64,000 bases of DNA from a virus: positions 1-64,000 of the IMG/VR virus record IMGVR_UViG_3300036979_001044. One strand, 5' to 3'. Each line of letters starts with the position of its first letter. Position 1 is the stretch's first letter. Both the position numbers and the translations under genes were made by a program. Below the pieces are notes generated by a model, which was not told where the DNA came from, made no database searches, and was given only the letters and a program-made list of their open reading frames with translations. Shown in pieces: positions 9,152 through 18,435 of this stretch.

Positions 9152-9670
9152 TCAAACCGAAAGACGAGGAGCCGCATCCTCCTGCGAGCGCACTACCGAT
9201 GTCTTCAGCATTTCCTTCTTCGCGCGAAAACCTTCCAGAATCGCCTGAGCCACGTTGTAGGCCTCCTCGGCCCGTTCCAGTTTCTTCTGGTGCACAAGAT
9301 ACAGCGGATCAGTCCGCATCTGCGCCTCCAGCAAGTACTGCGGCGGCTTCTTTTTCTCGTCGGCGGTACTGGCCAACGCCACGGTGAGCCCGTCTCTCCA
9401 GATCCGGTAGTCGCGTTCCTCGATCTCCCAGACCCGTTTTGCCTGAGCCGTCAACCGACCCCAGCGCATGATCTGGGCGGATACCACCTGAACCTGTTCC
9501 ACCAAACCCGCTTCCCAGATGACCAGCTCGTTCACGATTTTCCCATCAATAATGGGCCCCACTGGCGCCAAATCGCCGGTTCCAGTGACATCGACAATCA
9601 CGACCGGATTGATGAGAGCCAGCCGCTGCACGATTGCTTCAAGCGTCATGTGCTCTACTCGTTTGTTCAT
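9152..9670 (-). CDS. UvsY-like recombination mediator
   Basis: Helical protein ending EGF.AKKEML; synteny with SSB and RecA. Confidence 0.55.
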   Translation of the reverse strand: MNKRVEHMTLEAIVQRLALINPVVIVDVTGTGDLAPVGPIIDGKIVNELVIWEAGLVEQVQVVSAQIMRWGRLTAQAKRVWEIEERDYRIWRDGLTVALASTADEKKKPPQYLLEAQMRTDPLYLVHQKKLERAEEAYNVAQAILEGFRAKKEMLKTSVVRSQEDAAPRLSV

Positions 9671-9671
9671 G

Positions 9672-10097
9672 CTAAGTCTCCCCTTCTGCCAGCAACGCCG
9701 ACTCTGATCCAGGCTCCAAAGCCTCTCGATAACGCCGTCGAGCGATATCCCATTCCGTAGTCAACACGGACAGAGCCTCTCGCTCATCAGCCTCAATCAC
9801 CTGGATGGCCTGGGCGATCTCCTGTTCTACCATCTGGCAGACCCGCGTTTTATCCGCGCTGATAACCCCCATCCGATCTGCGTACTCGCTGTCTAACTGC
9901 TTTCGCGATCGGGCTAGCCATTTCTCGGTGATCTCCTTCTGCTCCTGAAACTCGCGGTGTACCACTGCGATCTTGTCCGTTCCCTTTCGCATCGAAGCCC
10001 GCTTCCGCGCCTCGATATGATCAGTAATGACCAATCTTCGCTGGGTGTAGAGTTTCTCCGCCTCACGTAATTCTTGTTCCTCTGCGGTCAATGCCAT
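9672..10097 (-). CDS. coiled-coil hypothetical protein
   Basis: SD AGGAGA; tightly packed ORF. Confidence 0.7.
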   Translation of the reverse strand: MALTAEEQELREAEKLYTQRRLVITDHIEARKRASMRKGTDKIAVVHREFQEQKEITEKWLARSRKQLDSEYADRMGVISADKTRVCQMVEQEIAQAIQVIEADEREALSVLTTEWDIARRRYREALEPGSESALLAEGET

Positions 10098-10106
10098 GAC
10101 TGTCTC

Positions 10107-12881
10107 CTACGCTTTGGGCAACTTGGTTTTGTCCGACCAACTTCGCACCGTGTAATCACCATCCACTCGAATCGGGATAGGTGAAAATTCCGAATAATCC
10201 TCCATCAGGCGCTTGACCGCGATAGCGACCTCGGGAAGCACCTCTGCCGCACAATCGAGTTGGATCTCATCGTGCACGGTAGAGATGAGCTTGGCCGGAA
10301 GTGCGCGATCCTTGAGGTAGTGGGCAATCCGGACCAGGGACTCCTTGGTCAACTCGGCAGCCGTTCCCTGAATCAAGCTGGCGATGGCCTCTCGCTCAGC
10401 CTTCCCCCGTTCGAAATTATCAGAAATGTTCATCCCCTGTACTCGCCGAGGTCTACCAAACAAATTTTGAAAATAGCCCTTCTGCCGGCGGACCTGGGCC
10501 CAGAAAGTATCCCGAAAATCAACGATACCGTGGTACCGCTCAAAAAATTTGTTGAAATAAGACTCCGCTTCTTCCCTACTCACATGCACTTGGCGAGCGA
10601 ATCCAACCGGAGAAAGTCCGTAGCTGTTCGATACCACCCGCCCCTCTACCGTAAACCGATGCCGGGGCCCCGCGTTAATCAGATCGTAGACTTTCGCCTG
10701 CTGCGATTGAGCAAATTCTCCGAACGAGTCACCAGTCGCAGATTTTCTGGAGAGTAATCCCCATCGTTGTCGGTGCGATCGAAGTCCAATCCCCGGAAAT
10801 CCGATTCTGGAAACTTCCTCAAAGCCCACCGGACAAAATGCTCCCGTGACTTGAACTGAACCTTGATCCCCCGCCCCTTGTAGTTCTTCGAGGAAACGTG
10901 CGTATCCCGCTCGCAGCGCTGCACCATAGCATCGTAACGCCCACCCAAAGTATCTGCGCGCTTGTCGTGGTATTTCCCCTTCTGACAAGCGCAAAAAGAA
11001 TGACCAGCGCGAACATTGTCTACCAAAGACCATTTGATCGCCCCGCAACTCGCGCACCGCAACTCCACCACCCGACGCAGCCTCCCATCGCCCGCTCGAA
11101 TCTTTCCCACCTGCCCGGTCAACCGAAACGAACCGCACAGGCGTTTCGCCAATCGCGCCAACAGCAAGGCGTCGGGAATAAATTGCGGATGCCGCATCCC
11201 GCAAGGTTGCGGCACCCCCGTCTCGTAAATAGACGACATGATCTGGAGTTGCCGTAATCCCGTCATAAGTCAAAACCTCCTCAACACCACGGCACACCAA
11301 ACCATCATGCTTCACCCACTCAACCCCATCCCAAAGAAGATGATGATCTTGCACGCGCTCAATTGGGACCAACCCATCCTGCTGAGTCAACACCCGCTGC
11401 CCCTCCGAGATACAAAGCCCGAAATTAATCACTTTCGCCAGCCGCCGCATAGCTTTCTCAGCGGTCCCAAAAACTTCGATCGAAGTCCGTGTGTGGATAT
11501 CCTCGCCGTTCATGTACGCGGCAACCAAGATGGGATCTTTCGTGTAGTAAGCCAAAACGCGCAATTCGATCTGCGAATAATCAAAAAATAATCGCACCCA
11601 ACCCGGTCGCCCGACCACGTAGGATCTACGGATCGACCAGGGATCAGTACCGCCTTCCTCTAAACTTTTCCCCGAGTGTTTCTTGGCCCGATCGTCATCA
11701 TCTACCGGCTGATTCTGGAAGTTTGGGCTCTTGCAGCTGAGCCTTCCAGAAGTCGTTCCCATCTGCTGAAAATCAGGGTGCAGATAATTTCTGGAATCCA
11801 GTCGATCGAGAATTGATAGGGTATAGGTATTGGCCAGCTTTTCCGCCTCACGCCAGGCGAGGATGCGCTCGATGGCTGGGTGGACGTGGGCGAACTCGGC
11901 GAGTACCTCCTTGTCCACCGCGAACTGCTTAGCCGTACCCTTGGCTCCCCCACGAGTCATTTTATGGAGTCGACAACCGAGATCCTCCAGTAACAATTTC
12001 CGGATTACCGCATCAGAGCCAAGTTCGAGCTTTCTCCCTCCAAGCAATACGGTGATCTCCGCCTCCACCCGTTGCAGCTCCAACTGCAACCGCAACCGCA
12101 ACTTGGAGAGGTACTCGACATCAATGGCGATACCCTGCTCCTCCATGTCACAGATCACGTCCAGAAGATCCATCTCGGTCTTCCAGATTCTGGCGTAGCG
12201 CTGCGAGATAGAACGATGGGTCTGCTCGTAGAAAATATGGAGTCGATTGGTAAACTCTGTATCCCCGCAGGCATATTCCCCAAGTAGCCAGATAGGGACC
12301 TGGGAGTAGCCATACTGCGCTCGGTACGCCTCCACGCCCATCCGCTGCTGCTTGGCCAGGCGGTGGACCATCTCATCTACTCGCCCCTCGCCCACTTTGG
12401 CCTGGCTCTCCCCGAGATCCTCAACTGCCCGAGTCTTCAGCGCCACATACCGATTTTCGTCATAGAGCTTGGCTGCGATCATCGTATCGTACCAGGGAGC
12501 CGCGACCACCCAACCCTCCCGGTTCGCCATGTGCTTATCAAACTTCAGATGATGGCCGATCTTGAACTGAGGACCGGCGAGCAACTTGCGGATGTCCGGG
12601 GAGACCCGTTCGATATCGAGCTGGGCCTCCCCGGTGCAGTGCCGAAAGGGCGTGTAGAAATGATGTGTCTGCCCGTCGACCGTGCCAGCCAACGCCACCC
12701 CGCAGATCCGACTCTCTCTGAACCACTCCAACCCAGAAGTCTCGGTGTCGAATACCAGGATCTTGCTCGATTCCAGAAAACGGATCATTTGCTCGAATCG
12801 ATCCCCGGTCAAAACGATATGGTAATCGGGACGACGACGTTCCAGATCGTAGTCGTTAAATCCCGTCATCTGCACCGACAT
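10107..12881 (-). CDS. polA: DNA polymerase family A (3'-5' exonuclease + polymerase), intein-containing
   Basis: FDTETSGL exo I, TTSGRLS..PNFQN, DYSQIELR motif A, R..AK..NFG-[intein]-SYG motif B, VHDEI motif C. Confidence 0.95.
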   Translation of the reverse strand: MSVQMTGFNDYDLERRRPDYHIVLTGDRFEQMIRFLESSKILVFDTETSGLEWFRESRICGVALAGTVDGQTHHFYTPFRHCTGEAQLDIERVSPDIRKLLAGPQFKIGHHLKFDKHMANREGWVVAAPWYDTMIAAKLYDENRYVALKTRAVEDLGESQAKVGEGRVDEMVHRLAKQQRMGVEAYRAQYGYSQVPIWLLGEYACGDTEFTNRLHIFYEQTHRSISQRYARIWKTEMDLLDVICDMEEQGIAIDVEYLSKLRLRLQLELQRVEAEITVLLGGRKLELGSDAVIRKLLLEDLGCRLHKMTRGGAKGTAKQFAVDKEVLAEFAHVHPAIERILAWREAEKLANTYTLSILDRLDSRNYLHPDFQQMGTTSGRLSCKSPNFQNQPVDDDDRAKKHSGKSLEEGGTDPWSIRRSYVVGRPGWVRLFFDYSQIELRVLAYYTKDPILVAAYMNGEDIHTRTSIEVFGTAEKAMRRLAKVINFGLCISEGQRVLTQQDGLVPIERVQDHHLLWDGVEWVKHDGLVCRGVEEVLTYDGITATPDHVVYLRDGGAATLRDAASAIYSRRLAVGAIGETPVRFVSVDRAGGKDSSGRWEAASGGGVAVRELRGDQMVFGRQCSRWSFFLRLSEGEIPRQARRYFGWALRCYGAALRAGYARFLEELQGAGDQGSVQVTGAFCPVGFEEVSRIGFPGIGLRSHRQRWGLLSRKSATGDSFGEFAQSQQAKVYDLINAGPRHRFTVEGRVVSNSYGLSPVGFARQVHVSREEAESYFNKFFERYHGIVDFRDTFWAQVRRQKGYFQNLFGRPRRVQGMNISDNFERGKAEREAIASLIQGTAAELTKESLVRIAHYLKDRALPAKLISTVHDEIQLDCAAEVLPEVAIAVKRLMEDYSEFSPIPIRVDGDYTVRSWSDKTKLPKA
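10626..11414 (-). mobile_element. intein (263 aa) in PolA motif B
   Basis: Begins CISEGQRV, block B TPDH, ends VYDL...VVSN followed by Ser+1; removal restores NFGLSYG. Confidence 0.92.
10679..11266 (-). CDS. HNH-type homing endonuclease nested in the +1 frame inside the intein
   Basis: Y.AM.QRC...NYKGRGI.V...F..W...DRTDNDGDYSPENLRLVTRSENLLNR is the phage HNH signature; start uncertain. Confidence 0.85.
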   Translation of the reverse strand: MTGLRQLQIMSSIYETGVPQPCGMRHPQFIPDALLLARLAKRLCGSFRLTGQVGKIRAGDGRLRRVVELRCASCGAIKWSLVDNVRAGHSFCACQKGKYHDKRADTLGGRYDAMVQRCERDTHVSSKNYKGRGIKVQFKSREHFVRWALRKFPESDFRGLDFDRTDNDGDYSPENLRLVTRSENLLNRSRRKSTI

Positions 12882-12890
12882 CCCGTACCC

Positions 12891-13150
12891 CTATCCCGGA
12901 AAAATAAGCGAAAGAGCTGGGAGAAGCGGGGAACCTCTATCGACCATCTGGGCCAGGAACTCCACCTCAGAAAAAGTCAGATTGACCGTTCCCCCGTCCT
13001 TGCTGGCCCCCTGAGAGCCAACCCGAACCCAACAATTGAGCCCTGGTATCCAGGCCACAATCTGCATGATCTGCGCCCCGCTGGGCAACACCGCCACCGG
13101 AGGAAGCCCCGGCCAGTTGACCTTGGTCAACTGCATCAAGGTCAGGTTCC
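12891..13150 (-). CDS. hypothetical protein (start uncertain, ORF open to 13511)
   Basis: Fills the gap between the DUF2924 gene and polA; C-terminal part looks globular. Confidence 0.45.
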
Positions 13151-13180
13151 ACACCCACTGCGGGCCAACTGGTTGCGCCG

Positions 13181-14254
13181 TTAGGTGCGCCCCTTGCGTC
13201 CCCCGATGATCCAAGGGAGCCGAAAGAACCTCGGCGCGCTCCAGTTGAGAATTTGCCTCGTCCCCGTAGGCATACTCCCATCCGCCCTCTTCTGCTTCGC
13301 CCGCGGGATCGTTCCCACAATCTCCCGGACTACCGAGTACAGCGTCGGATAGAGCTGGCCCTGGAACTTGTAGCCCCCCTTCAGCACCACCACCTGAAGG
13401 GTTTTGCCCTGCCAAATACGGCTGAGCTTCATTCCGGGGCGCAACTGGGCTATGAGAGCACTGCGCTCCCGCTCCCGTTGCCACCGGCTGCGATTGTACC
13501 GTGCATGCCACCGTCGCACCTCCTCCTGCGCCTTCCGCTTGCGCGACTTGTTTTCTTCCTGTGCCCTGACAGGCTGCGCAGCAGCCCGTCCCTTTCTGGC
13601 CGCTACCCTGGCACTCTGTACAGTAGCGGCCAGCTTGGGGCGGAGTTTTATCGGCTTATCCGCCCCCTTCTTCTGTGCTCCCCGAGGGAGCTTGCCCTTG
13701 GGCTCCGCCTTTGCTTTGCCCCTTCCTTTCTTCTTCGCCATTCCTGCCACCTCCTCTAGCGCCGCCGCCGCAGGCCCGGTAATCGGGATCACCTCGGCGA
13801 GAGGCGGATCTACCAGCACCTCTTTGCTATCCGACTCATAGAACTGCTTCACCTCCGTAGGCGAAAGAGCCCGATCAATGATCCTTGAATAAGTACCCAC
13901 CGCCTGTTCTGCCGCCGGCTCAACGCCTAACCGCACCAGCTTCTTCGGATCAGTTTCCGGAACCAACGGCATCGTCTGCTCTGCCGGAGGAGGAATAACC
14001 GCCGGCTTGAGGAACGGGATAATCCCCGCCGATTTCTGGAACTCCAATGCGCGCTCGATAGCCGCCGTCTTGACAGCTGTCGCCTGGACGAGCTGCTCAA
14101 CCGTGACATCTTCGCCGAGCTTACGTTGCCAGTCGACCAGCACCCCGCTCGCGAAACGCATGAGGCAGTCGTCGATCACCCCGCACCCCTGATCCACGCA
14201 AAGAGACCCGGCAACCCCCTCCCATACCTGTCCGTAACATGCTGGCATTGGCAT
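13181..14254 (-). CDS. DUF2924 (RAMA-like) domain protein with N-terminal Cys cluster and Lys-rich linker
   Basis: LRPGMKLSRIWQGK...V...GY.FQG..Y..L..V.REI.G...WS.PRFF.L. Confidence 0.75.
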   Translation of the reverse strand: MPMPACYGQVWEGVAGSLCVDQGCGVIDDCLMRFASGVLVDWQRKLGEDVTVEQLVQATAVKTAAIERALEFQKSAGIIPFLKPAVIPPPAEQTMPLVPETDPKKLVRLGVEPAAEQAVGTYSRIIDRALSPTEVKQFYESDSKEVLVDPPLAEVIPITGPAAAALEEVAGMAKKKGRGKAKAEPKGKLPRGAQKKGADKPIKLRPKLAATVQSARVAARKGRAAAQPVRAQEENKSRKRKAQEEVRRWHARYNRSRWQRERERSALIAQLRPGMKLSRIWQGKTLQVVVLKGGYKFQGQLYPTLYSVVREIVGTIPRAKQKRADGSMPTGTRQILNWSAPRFFRLPWIIGGRKGRT

Positions 14255-14327
14255 AACTGATTCCTTTCTGGATTTTTCTGGAGCACATACGAATTGGAAT
14301 AGCCCAAACCGTTCCAGAAATCCAGAC

Positions 14328-14849
14328 TTATTTCCCCCGCAAAATATCTCTCGCTCGATCACGAGCAGAGTAGATCATCGCCCGATATGTCACCAACGCT
14401 TTCCGACGAGGATCTCGCAAGCGAATTGCCTGAGCAGCAGCAGTAACAGACCCTTCCTCGACGATAGACATAAGCAAATCGAAGTCCTGAGCGCTCAACC
14501 GCTCCCGCAAAAGGCACAAATCCGATCGAGCCTCTAGCTGCCCGATAGGATCGAAATGAACAGGGTGCTTAGCTGTCTCCACCAGTAGCAGCCACTTAGA
14601 CCAGCGTCGAATGACCGTCTCGTAGACGAAATTGCTTTCCAGCCAGATCGATTTGTAAATCCAGCGTTCAAAATCCCGTTCCCCAATTTCTGGACAGCGT
14701 AGCGCCGAGATACAGCCGATCGAATACAACCGTGCGTAGAACTCGTTGTCCACGGGCTGTCCTCGTTCACCGACCCATCTATGCAAGCGTTTTGATCCCC
14801 ATGTAGCCCACTTCTCAATAATCTGTAGCCTCTCTGGTTGCACTTCCAC
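14328..14849 (-). CDS. divergent ECF-type sigma factor-like protein
   Basis: Region-2-like F.RWIY..I and region-4-like L.ERLS..D..LL...EG.S..AA...I..AR...R.IL; 173 aa. Confidence 0.5.
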   Translation of the reverse strand: MEVQPERLQIIEKWATWGSKRLHRWVGERGQPVDNEFYARLYSIGCISALRCPEIGERDFERWIYKSIWLESNFVYETVIRRWSKWLLLVETAKHPVHFDPIGQLEARSDLCLLRERLSAQDFDLLMSIVEEGSVTAAAQAIRLRDPRRKALVTYRAMIYSARDRARDILRGK

Positions 14850-16557
14850 GGCGTGCTCCTTTGTTAAGTAGTAGGTCAGTCAACTCCCGCATGACTACCC
14901 CCGGAAGCGCCGAAATTTTTTTCAGCACCACCGAACACGGATAAAATTCCTCCACTGATGAGTCATTGATGCCAATGCCGATCACCTCGATTCCCGCCTC
15001 GATGATCCGCTCCACTATTTGTTTCAGATACCGGCACTCAGTGCGCATATACTCGGCACCCTGCGGGCGCCCATCTGATCCAACAATCAAAATCTTTCTG
15101 CGCTCGGGTCGCGCAGCAAGTCTCCGGGCTGCCCAAAGTACGCACTCCCCATCCCGGTTAGCCGCCGTTCCGTTGATCGCGCAGATAGCGCGTCCATCGG
15201 TTCCAGAAAATGGGACAAGTACCATTCGGTTGTCGATCTCAACGGTACGACTAAATCTCTGCAAATCCTCCCCACGGTCCTTGGCCTGGCGTACCCGATT
15301 CACTAGCTCTGCCGGAGGAATCATCCCCGTATTGAACCCGAGAACCTCGTGAGGGACCTGGGAGCGGAGCAATGCCTCGTGAAAGGCCACTGCCGCCAAT
15401 CGAGCAAGATAGCTCTTAGACCCCGCAATCCCCGATCGACCCATCGAACCGGAACAATCCCAGAGCAAGGATACCGCGCAGTCCAGTGCCTCCCCCTCCT
15501 CGCGTCGAGAGAACACTCGATCATCTTCCGAGCCCAGGTACCAACCGGGCAGTTTACGTCGATCCCACTTACGCCCTTTCCGCGCTCCTCCCACCCAGCG
15601 CACCTGAGCGCGATCAGCCAAGGCCAACTCCAACATGGTGCTCATGCTGCCGATGTACTCAGCGACCTCGGTTCGTGTTTCCCGATAGACCTTGGACCAA
15701 TCCAACCGCTCCTTGGCAGTAAAAACATGATCGAAGTCAAACTCGGTAGAGTAGACCAAGTATTCTTCAGGGTCGCCTTTTTCTGGAACGAATTTTTCCG
15801 AACAATCGTTGAACAGCCACTCGGCATCACAACGCGGAACGTCCCCCATCAGCAACTCACCCAGGAATTCCATTCCGCGCGATCCTTCCTCCTTGGCGCC
15901 CCACTCCTTCGGAATCCCCACATTAGGAATTTCTGGAACTTTTTCTGGAACTGGCGGGAGAGGTAACAAAATCTTGTCGGCAATCTTTTGCGCCAATACT
16001 ACCGCCGATTCCGTGCTGTCTACCCGGTCCGCGCAAGATAGTTCAGTCGAGATCGATCTCACCAAATCCCCGATCTCTGGATCAGCGCAAAACCGCCCCA
16101 ACGTCCTCCCATCTCGGGAGCAGCACGATATCGCAAAAAGGAGCTTTGAAGCGATCGAGATCGCCGCCCACTGCCCCTGCACCTTGGCGCAAACTCGCTC
16201 AGTCAGATTGGACAGATTTTCTGCGCAGCCGCGATAAACTATTCCCATCTTCCGTTCGATCCAAGCATCTTCGATCGCATTCCAGAAAGATCGCACCGGT
16301 TCGCGCAATCGACTCGTCCGATCAAACTCAGTAAACAACAGATGCGCGCATTCGTGATCCAAAAACCCGTCCAGTACCTCGGACAGCGCCGCCAACTCCT
16401 TGCTGGAAAGATTGGGCAGAACGATTTCCCTCGCCGCACTATCCACGTAAGCCAGAGACCCTTCCACCCGCACACGCACACCGTACTGGCGGGTGATCAT
16501 CCGAGCAATTCGCTCAGCAGTGGATTCCAATGCAGCTTCAGTGGGGAGCAGAGGCAT
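14815..16557 (-). CDS. CobT-like VWA protein with N-terminal HExxH domain
   Basis: LDHECAH, MIDAS DCSGSM, KILIVGSDG.P, IGIGI. Confidence 0.85.
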   Translation of the reverse strand: MPLLPTEAALESTAERIARMITRQYGVRVRVEGSLAYVDSAAREIVLPNLSSKELAALSEVLDGFLDHECAHLLFTEFDRTSRLREPVRSFWNAIEDAWIERKMGIVYRGCAENLSNLTERVCAKVQGQWAAISIASKLLFAISCCSRDGRTLGRFCADPEIGDLVRSISTELSCADRVDSTESAVVLAQKIADKILLPLPPVPEKVPEIPNVGIPKEWGAKEEGSRGMEFLGELLMGDVPRCDAEWLFNDCSEKFVPEKGDPEEYLVYSTEFDFDHVFTAKERLDWSKVYRETRTEVAEYIGSMSTMLELALADRAQVRWVGGARKGRKWDRRKLPGWYLGSEDDRVFSRREEGEALDCAVSLLWDCSGSMGRSGIAGSKSYLARLAAVAFHEALLRSQVPHEVLGFNTGMIPPAELVNRVRQAKDRGEDLQRFSRTVEIDNRMVLVPFSGTDGRAICAINGTAANRDGECVLWAARRLAARPERRKILIVGSDGRPQGAEYMRTECRYLKQIVERIIEAGIEVIGIGINDSSVEEFYPCSVVLKKISALPGVVMRELTDLLLNKGARRGSATREATDY

Positions 16558-16564
16558 AAAACGC

Positions 16565-17155
16565 TCAGTTCACAAGTTGTTTGGGTGGATTCTGATTCTC
16601 AAGAATGAACTTTTGCCCCTTGGCACACTGGGTAAGCCCTGGGCAAACAAAACACTCCTCCCCAGGATCATGCCCAGTCTCCCCAAGTGTATCGTCCATT
16701 TTCTGAGTCATCAGCGTATCCAAATTCAGCCAAGCGCGTTCCGTTTCCGCCACACAACTGAACAGTAGCGCCAAAGATCCAGGAGTAAGGCCCAAGGAAC
16801 GTAGCGCCGGCCGCACACGGGCCAGCTCCCATCCCATCCGGAATCGCAAAAAGTTAAATTTAGAATAGGTGTACCAGGACGAAAAAATCGGGGACTCCTG
16901 ATCCGCGGTACCGATTATCTTGTTAAATTCCTCCCGATTGTAGAGTGAGACCTCTTTCGGATCGAAAGGTATTGGGACCTTATTCCTCTTGGCCTGTTCC
17001 ACAATCTTCGCAAGAAGTCGTTGCGCCCACTGCGTTGCAGTCACCTTGCAATCAGTTACCACCATAAGCACCGGGATAACATATTCCCCATTCCGCGCCA
17101 CCATGAACCACTCTTCCTTGTATAGTTCCACGTCATTTCCCTTTCTTGACCCCAA
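16565..17155 (-). CDS. hypothetical protein with C-terminal CxxC..C
   Basis: ORF between AAA and VWA genes; EECFVCPGLTQC. Confidence 0.6.
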   Translation of the reverse strand: MGSRKGNDVELYKEEWFMVARNGEYVIPVLMVVTDCKVTATQWAQRLLAKIVEQAKRNKVPIPFDPKEVSLYNREEFNKIIGTADQESPIFSSWYTYSKFNFLRFRMGWELARVRPALRSLGLTPGSLALLFSCVAETERAWLNLDTLMTQKMDDTLGETGHDPGEECFVCPGLTQCAKGQKFILENQNPPKQLVN

Positions 17156-18053
17156 AATATCTCTGCACCACCCCCTCCAGCACCCGGTAATCGTCCTCCG
17201 CCAGCTTGTTCAAAACGGTAAGTTTGGCCGCCCGTAAAGGATGAAACCTGGTCATGGCCTGAGCCCATTGCAGGCACCGCCGGGTCGAGAAGGAACAGGC
17301 GATGCGATCGTTGGACAGATCTTTGCGCGCCTCCTGCGCTATACGCACGATGGCCTCTACAAAATCCATATCCAGGTTGGGAACCCTAGCATGGATCACC
17401 TGCTCCTCTATCGCGACATCCATGGGCCCGACATGGATCACCACCCCAAATCGATCCAGCGTAGCCTCGTTCATCCTGGCCATTGTCCCGGTGTAGAGCA
17501 GTCGATTCCTGGATGCAATCCCCACCGAATTAGCAGTAGCGAAAAAACGAAACGCAGGATGGGGTTTGATCACCGTTCCTTCGGTGTCTTCCAGCACGAG
17601 CTTGCCACCTTCTTCCAGCAGTTGCTGGAGGCAAAAGAGCACCGGCTGGAGAGCCGCGTCGATCTCGTCAACCAGGAACCAGTAGCCACGCTCGACCGCA
17701 AGCGGAAGCGGGCCCGGGCGAAAGGTCAACGTCCTTGTCCCGTCCTCGGCGAGCGTCGGGTAGTCGCGACCCAGGAGCACAGTGGTATCGCTTTCCCCGT
17801 GCATGTTCATCCGTCGCAGAGGCCGATTGAGCTGGGCGGCGAGCTGCTCGATGACCGAACTTTTCCCGGTGCCGGTATCTCCGACCAGCAAACAGTTGAC
17901 CCCCTCCTCCAGGCAATAAGCGATCTCCTCCACCAGGTCCTTTCGAAAATGGTATTCAGAGATCACCGGCGGAATCAGCGAGTGCTCGATCCCTTCCACC
18001 CGATCGAGGTAAATTCCCGTTCCCGGAATCTCATGCTTTACGACTTGCACCAT
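17133..18053 (-). CDS. MoxR/CobS/CbbQ-type AAA+ ATPase
   Basis: GDTGTGKS, LVDEID, HP.FR.FATAN, N.A.LDRF, S.R. Confidence 0.9.
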   Translation of the reverse strand: MVQVVKHEIPGTGIYLDRVEGIEHSLIPPVISEYHFRKDLVEEIAYCLEEGVNCLLVGDTGTGKSSVIEQLAAQLNRPLRRMNMHGESDTTVLLGRDYPTLAEDGTRTLTFRPGPLPLAVERGYWFLVDEIDAALQPVLFCLQQLLEEGGKLVLEDTEGTVIKPHPAFRFFATANSVGIASRNRLLYTGTMARMNEATLDRFGVVIHVGPMDVAIEEQVIHARVPNLDMDFVEAIVRIAQEARKDLSNDRIACSFSTRRCLQWAQAMTRFHPLRAAKLTVLNKLAEDDYRVLEGVVQRYFGVKKGK

Positions 18054-18078
18054 GGTTGACTCCTCGCAGAGATATTCC

Positions 18079-18107
18079 CCAATACGGCAGCATGCCGTAT
18101 TTGTCAA
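18079..18107 (-). promoter_or_regulatory. sigma70-like -35 (TTGACA) with a palindromic operator-like sequence in the spacer
   Basis: TTGACA at 18107-18102; AATACGGCA-N3-TGCCGTATT at 18081-18101; weak -10. Confidence 0.5.
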
Positions 18108-18160
18108 TGCAAAAAAGAGCATTTGTTTCTACAAAAATAAATGCTCCCAAAACCGCTCGT

Positions 18161-18415
18161 TTACAGGGTCTTTGCAATCTCGGCGAGGATTTTCTGGAAC
18201 AGATCTTGGACGATCATGATTAATTGTTTGCGCTGCTTGATCCTAACCAGCGGGGACAGTTGCAGCGTCAACAACCCCGCCGCAAGGACGAAAAAAGCGT
18301 TCTTAGGAATGCCCAACGCCACGCAGACCTCATCTACTTTGTCCAGCAACTCGGGTGGGAATCGAAGGTCAGTTTTGATCCTCCCCTCCATGGTCCCCAA
18401 CAAAGACTTCTTCAT
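18161..18415 (-). CDS. ribbon-helix-helix (CopG/Arc-like) DNA-binding protein
   Basis: IKTDLRFPPELLDKVDEVC..LGIPKNAFF. Confidence 0.7.
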   Translation of the reverse strand: MKKSLLGTMEGRIKTDLRFPPELLDKVDEVCVALGIPKNAFFVLAAGLLTLQLSPLVRIKQRKQLIMIVQDLFQKILAEIAKTL

Positions 18416-18435
18416 GCCCGCTCTCCTTTCAACCG

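Noticed and set aside
14815-18053. Cobalamin biosynthesis (cobS/cobT) auxiliary metabolic genes
   Set aside because: Generic MoxR AAA+/VWA pair common in phages; no cobN or other cob genes
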